A stretch of DNA of 52,355 nt, counting the filler, from Squatina squatina (Eukaryota): assembly GCA_031763465.1 (NCBI GenBank). It is 3 parts of 3 records of this genome, joined end to end, with 100 filler letters (N's around TTAATTAATTAA, not from the genome) between each part and the next. Parts side by side here need not be neighbours in the genome. Positions count along the whole stretch, not along the records: positions 30,684 to 52,355 come from JARFOE010000194.1; 2 more parts are not named here. The stretch is one strand, 5' to 3'. The notes beneath the pieces are model-generated. The model had not been told where the DNA came from. It searched no databases and saw only the letters and a program-made list of their open reading frames with translations. The translations under genes and the position numbers were made by a program. Below are positions 48,331 to 52,355 of the stretch, piece after piece (the first letter of the stretch is position 1; each line of letters begins with the position of its first letter).

Positions 48331-51300
48331 GATCTGGGGGTAACCTTTGCTTTGGTCACTATAGCATTGATGATATAAAAATGTTCATGAAGATTTCCTC
48401 TGTTGTGTACTTTTAGCAAAATTGTAAATGCATTTTTTGCAATGTGCTTATGATTCCACTTGAAATATGGAAGAAATGGTCATGATATCTGTTTACAATG
48501 ATGCTACACATTGAGCCCAAACACAGCTTGCCCTGAGGTCAATCCATCAGAGGCATCCATTTTCTTGTCATTTTTGTTTCCTGAATTGAGAGATTTAGAC
48601 TACCCGGCTTACAGTCAGGCTTAAGCCTGAAAATGTTTCTCAGCAATAACCCATTTGATCAGCAGCAATAACCTATTCTAGGCTCTGGGTCTACTTCAAT
48701 GCAAAATACTGTAGTTTTATCCTGGAAGTCATATAAGACATGGAAACACCAACATGACCTTTACGACATTAATCCTTTGACTATCTACCTTTTCCATTGT
48801 AGTCCAGTGTATTTTCTCATCCACAGGAGAGTTTCAGTTGTCCATAACACCTCCCAATCCAGCAGATGAAAATATTACCAACAGAATCTCTCTAGGCTAT
48901 TATGGTTCTTGTAGATATTACCAGAGTAAGACAATAAAAAGTTAAATTGTAAATCCATGACTTAAAATGGAGGAGTTAATCTTGTTTGTTTACTATTTTG
49001 TTAACATAATTTATATGTCTAATGATGTGTTCATTGAAGCGAAGAATATCTTTTCACTTTTTCAGCAGCAGGCATTCCCAGGTCAGGTTAGTTGCAGGTC
49101 AAAGTTTCTCTCAAGCTTCCCCAATAATGTACATTGACCCCAATCTCAGAGGAATACGCCCTGCTGCACTAGTGTGATTTGCCATTTCCCACAATTAGCC
49201 TTACAGCCTTTCTGCATCAGACTGCCAATTTTCTGACTATTTTGCCAATTTTTGGGCAGTTTTGTGTTGTGGATTCATATGCACCAGGAAATGGACTGAG
49301 ATTGGCAAAGGTTCATTTAAAGTGATACCCTTGCAACCAACAGATAGAGGACATCTTCATCTCAGCAGTCTGATCTGGATTCAAACCTAGATGGAGGTCA
49401 ATGTGCTAACCCAGAGAAACTCCAAGTATAATTGTAATAATATAATGGCCCTGAANNNNNNNNNNNNNNNNNNNNNNNNNNNNNNNNNNNNNNNNNNNNN
49501 NNNNNNNNNNNNNNNNNNNNNNNNNNNNNNNNNNNNNNNNNNNNNNNNNNNNNNNTGCAGAGGGAACATTTGATGGTGAAGTGTTGCTTGGAGAACATAT
49601 TATGTTTCTTGCCAACTGGAAAGGATGCCATTAGGGAAGCTCCATGATAAGGCTATTTACCTGGCCTCTGGGCAGCAGAGATACGAGCCCAGGCAGACCA
49701 AAGAAGAATGAATAACTTAAAGAAAAATGACATCAATTAAAAAAAACAAATGCCAACTTTTCCTCATAATCCTTGATGCTGATGGTTTCTCTGTTTCAGT
49801 TCCATGCATGGCTCTCTTGTGCTTTAGAATGCAGCAATCGCATGTAAAATTGTTATTAACACCCATGAAGAACAATGTAACAATAGTATTAATCACTTGC
49901 AGAAACTATGTTGTTCTTCAGGGCTGTTAGTGCCAAAATTCTGAAAGGAACACACACAAGTGAAAGAGATTAAGTATTTCCTCTGCGGCAAATGAGAAGA
50001 AATCCTTCAATGTCTCTTTCTGGCAGAAATGCCTACATCAATAGGGTGTTGTAAACTTAGCCCACTGATTATTCACTTCAGTCATGAGTATGGTCAGATG
50101 CCAGCTTTCTGAACTAGCAGTGGGGCACATTTCCTGAGCTGCTGCAAATCCTTCACTTCAGGGGCAGAATATATTCCTTGGCTCTATTTATGCCAAGTGC
50201 AAAATTAGCCACTAATCTGATCCTAGTTTGTCAGTTCATTATCTAAGATTCACATCTAATTAGCAGGAAGTTTGGTGGAGAAAGCTATTTCAGAAACTAG
50301 GACACATTGTCCATGATTTTGCCAATATAACCTTAAAATTAGGCATCAGGATCAGTCGTCACAAAATGGATCTTTGATGCTGGTGCAGTTTTCATTTGAA
50401 TTCCATGAGACCATTGTCCATGTATTGGTTCCCAGCACATACACGGCTAAATCTTTTTCGCTTATCCCAGCAGCAAACACTTCGATGTATCTGTTGCTGG
50501 GAAAAGGGAACCAAATTTAGCAGTGTAAATGCCAGGAGCTGGGTCACAAATGTCAGTCATTTAGAATCTGAATTAAAACAACTCCAGTATAAAAGTGGCT
50601 ATTAGTAATAGGCAATAATCATCTCAACTATAATTACGCAATTGGTTGCCATTGATGATTCTCTTTATTAAATGTCCTTGAGCACCTTTACATACAGGAA
50701 AGAACAGCTCCTGAATATTTGATATGTTCCTCCTGGGTTTTACTCTATTCCAGAAAGAACAAAGAGCTGCAAAAGGGATTTATGCAAAGTTTGGATAATG
50801 TCTGGAGTCAATTGATTCTTGTTACCTGCTTTGAAGCTGGATTTAGACATGGATGGGTTGAGGGGGATACTTTCCTCTGTTAACTAATTTTAGTGAGAAG
50901 CTCATCATGATTAAAGAATGGCAGCGGAAACTGCAAATGATCAGATTATTGTTCAGCACTGCTGCGAGTATTTCTACCCTTTCCATAATGAATTAGCTAA
51001 CATCGGTGAAATATTATGGAAAGATGGTGATTGAACTTTTAGGGCCTCGTTAAAGGCAATTCATGAAAATTAATTCAGAATTATGCAGCTGTGGAGGATG
51101 TTCCAAAAGTGGGCATTTAACTCTCTATCCTTTGTGTAGCAAATCCTTTAGATATCTCCTAGTTTAACAAGAGAAGGATCAATGCATGTATTCGCTTAGG
51201 TTCAGGAACTTGGATTCTACCCTGGGCAATGCATGCACAACAGACTTGGCAATTCTGCCTTGGTTCTATCTGTCATCACTGTGGGGAAATTTATGCCATT

Positions 51301-51620
51301 TCCCTGGAGGTTCTGCCAATCCCATGCTAAAATTATAGTGGGTGACTGGTAGAACTCTGGTGGAATTTCACTGCCCGGATATCTAACTCCATCTGATGAA
51401 CTTTGAATGCTATCTTGCAGTGCATTCTTGGATTTAATATTGGTATTGGTTAAAAATTAATACATAGATAATGGATTTTATATATAAAAAAATGTAAGTA
51501 TATATAAAAAAACATATCTTACAGCTCCACACATTTCTTGTGTCCATCTTTTCCATTCATAATGGAAGCTGCCCATTTAAAGCTGTAGTTTAATTGCACC
51601 TTCTTTGTTCTTTCTGGTTA

Positions 51621-51716
51621 CGATGATGAAAGGTCATCAACCTGAAATGTTAACTTTGTTTCTCTCTCCACAGATGCTGCCTGACCTGCTGAGTATTTCC
51701 AGCATTTTCTGTTTTT
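51621..51716 (+). mobile_element. Penelope pLTR copy with degenerate hammerhead core
   Basis: ATGATGA-AAGGTCATCAACCT-GAAAT-GTTAAC..CAGATGCTGCCTGACCTGCTGAG is a reverse-complement relative of 24780-24870. The core C and the stem III C are mutated. Confidence 0.75.
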
Positions 51717-51816
51717 NNNNNNNNNNNNNNNNNNNNNNNNNNNNNNNNNNNNNNNNNNNNNNNNNNNNNNNNNNNNNNNNNNNNNNNNNNNNNNNNNNNN
51801 NNNNNNNNNNNNNNNN

Positions 51817-52355
51817 ATTCGGCACCATCCTCTGCGTACTCCACGATGACATGCAAGCCATGATCCTCACCAACTGATCCACCACAGACCCAATACAAGT
51901 GAAAACTGGGATCAAGCAAGGCTGCGACATCGTACTAACGCTCTTCTCCATCTTCCTCGTCGCAACACTCCATCCCATCTCCATGAAGCTCCCTGCTGGA
52001 ATGGAGCTAATCTACAGGACGAGTGGGGAAACTGTTCAACCTCCACCTCCTCCAATCCAGAACCAAGACTACCCCAACCTCTATCATCGAGCTGCAGTTT
52101 GCACACTCGGACGCTGAGCTCCAAACCATTGTCGATTTATTCACTGAGGCATACAAGAGAATGGGCCTTGCGGTAAACATCTGAAGGACAAAGGTCCTTT
52201 ACCAGCTTGCTCCCGCTGCACAATTCTGCCCCCAACTATCAAGATCCACAGCGAGCCATTGGACAACGTGGATCACGTTCCATACCTTGGGAGCCTCCTC
52301 TCAATGAGGGCAGACATCAATGATGAAATCCAACACCGCCTCCAGTGTGCCAGTA
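51817..52355 (+). mobile_element. RTE (BovB-like) LINE RT fragment, disrupted, runs off window
   Basis: Encodes LHDDMQA, VKTGIKQGC..LFSIFL and VDHVPYLGSLLS..DINDEIQHRLQCAS, with stops and frameshifts. Confidence 0.9.

Noticed and set aside
48785-48830. Minus-strand LWMRK as a Cdx/Pdx hexapeptide remnant
   Set aside because: It lacks the Y/F-x-W context and any flanking similarity, so it is expected by chance.
1-52355. CRISPR arrays, prokaryotic operons, tRNA/rRNA genes
   Set aside because: This is vertebrate intron and intergenic DNA. There is no repeat-spacer array, and the tRNA-like boxes belong to SINE heads.

Overview
Vertebrate genomic DNA from a heavily gapped draft scaffold. The repeat content (Deu/SacSINE-like and LF-SINE-like SINEs, CR1, L2, RTE and Penelope remnants, GGG..AATT-ended MITEs) points to a cartilaginous fish, which is an inference. 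The only host gene I recognise is coding exon 1 of the ParaHox homeobox gene Gsx2 (89-461, +). Its homeobox exon is not visible and most likely lies in the 924-1567 gap. The remaining ~51 kb looks like the Gsx2 downstream gene desert. It has a CpG-retaining zone over about the first 12.4 kb, several motif-dense candidate enhancers and many decayed transposons. The clearest unusual structure is a Penelope-type fold-back element carrying two oppositely oriented minimal hammerhead ribozyme cores (24742-25251). Also notable are a perfect 20-bp TCF-homeodomain-TCF palindrome and a frameshifted signal-peptide-like ORF. Two TTAATTAATTAA islands inside N-runs are scaffolding linkers. Most long ORFs in the track are artefacts of N-runs. 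I found no convincing wholly new biological system, and all family assignments are by eye and need database confirmation.
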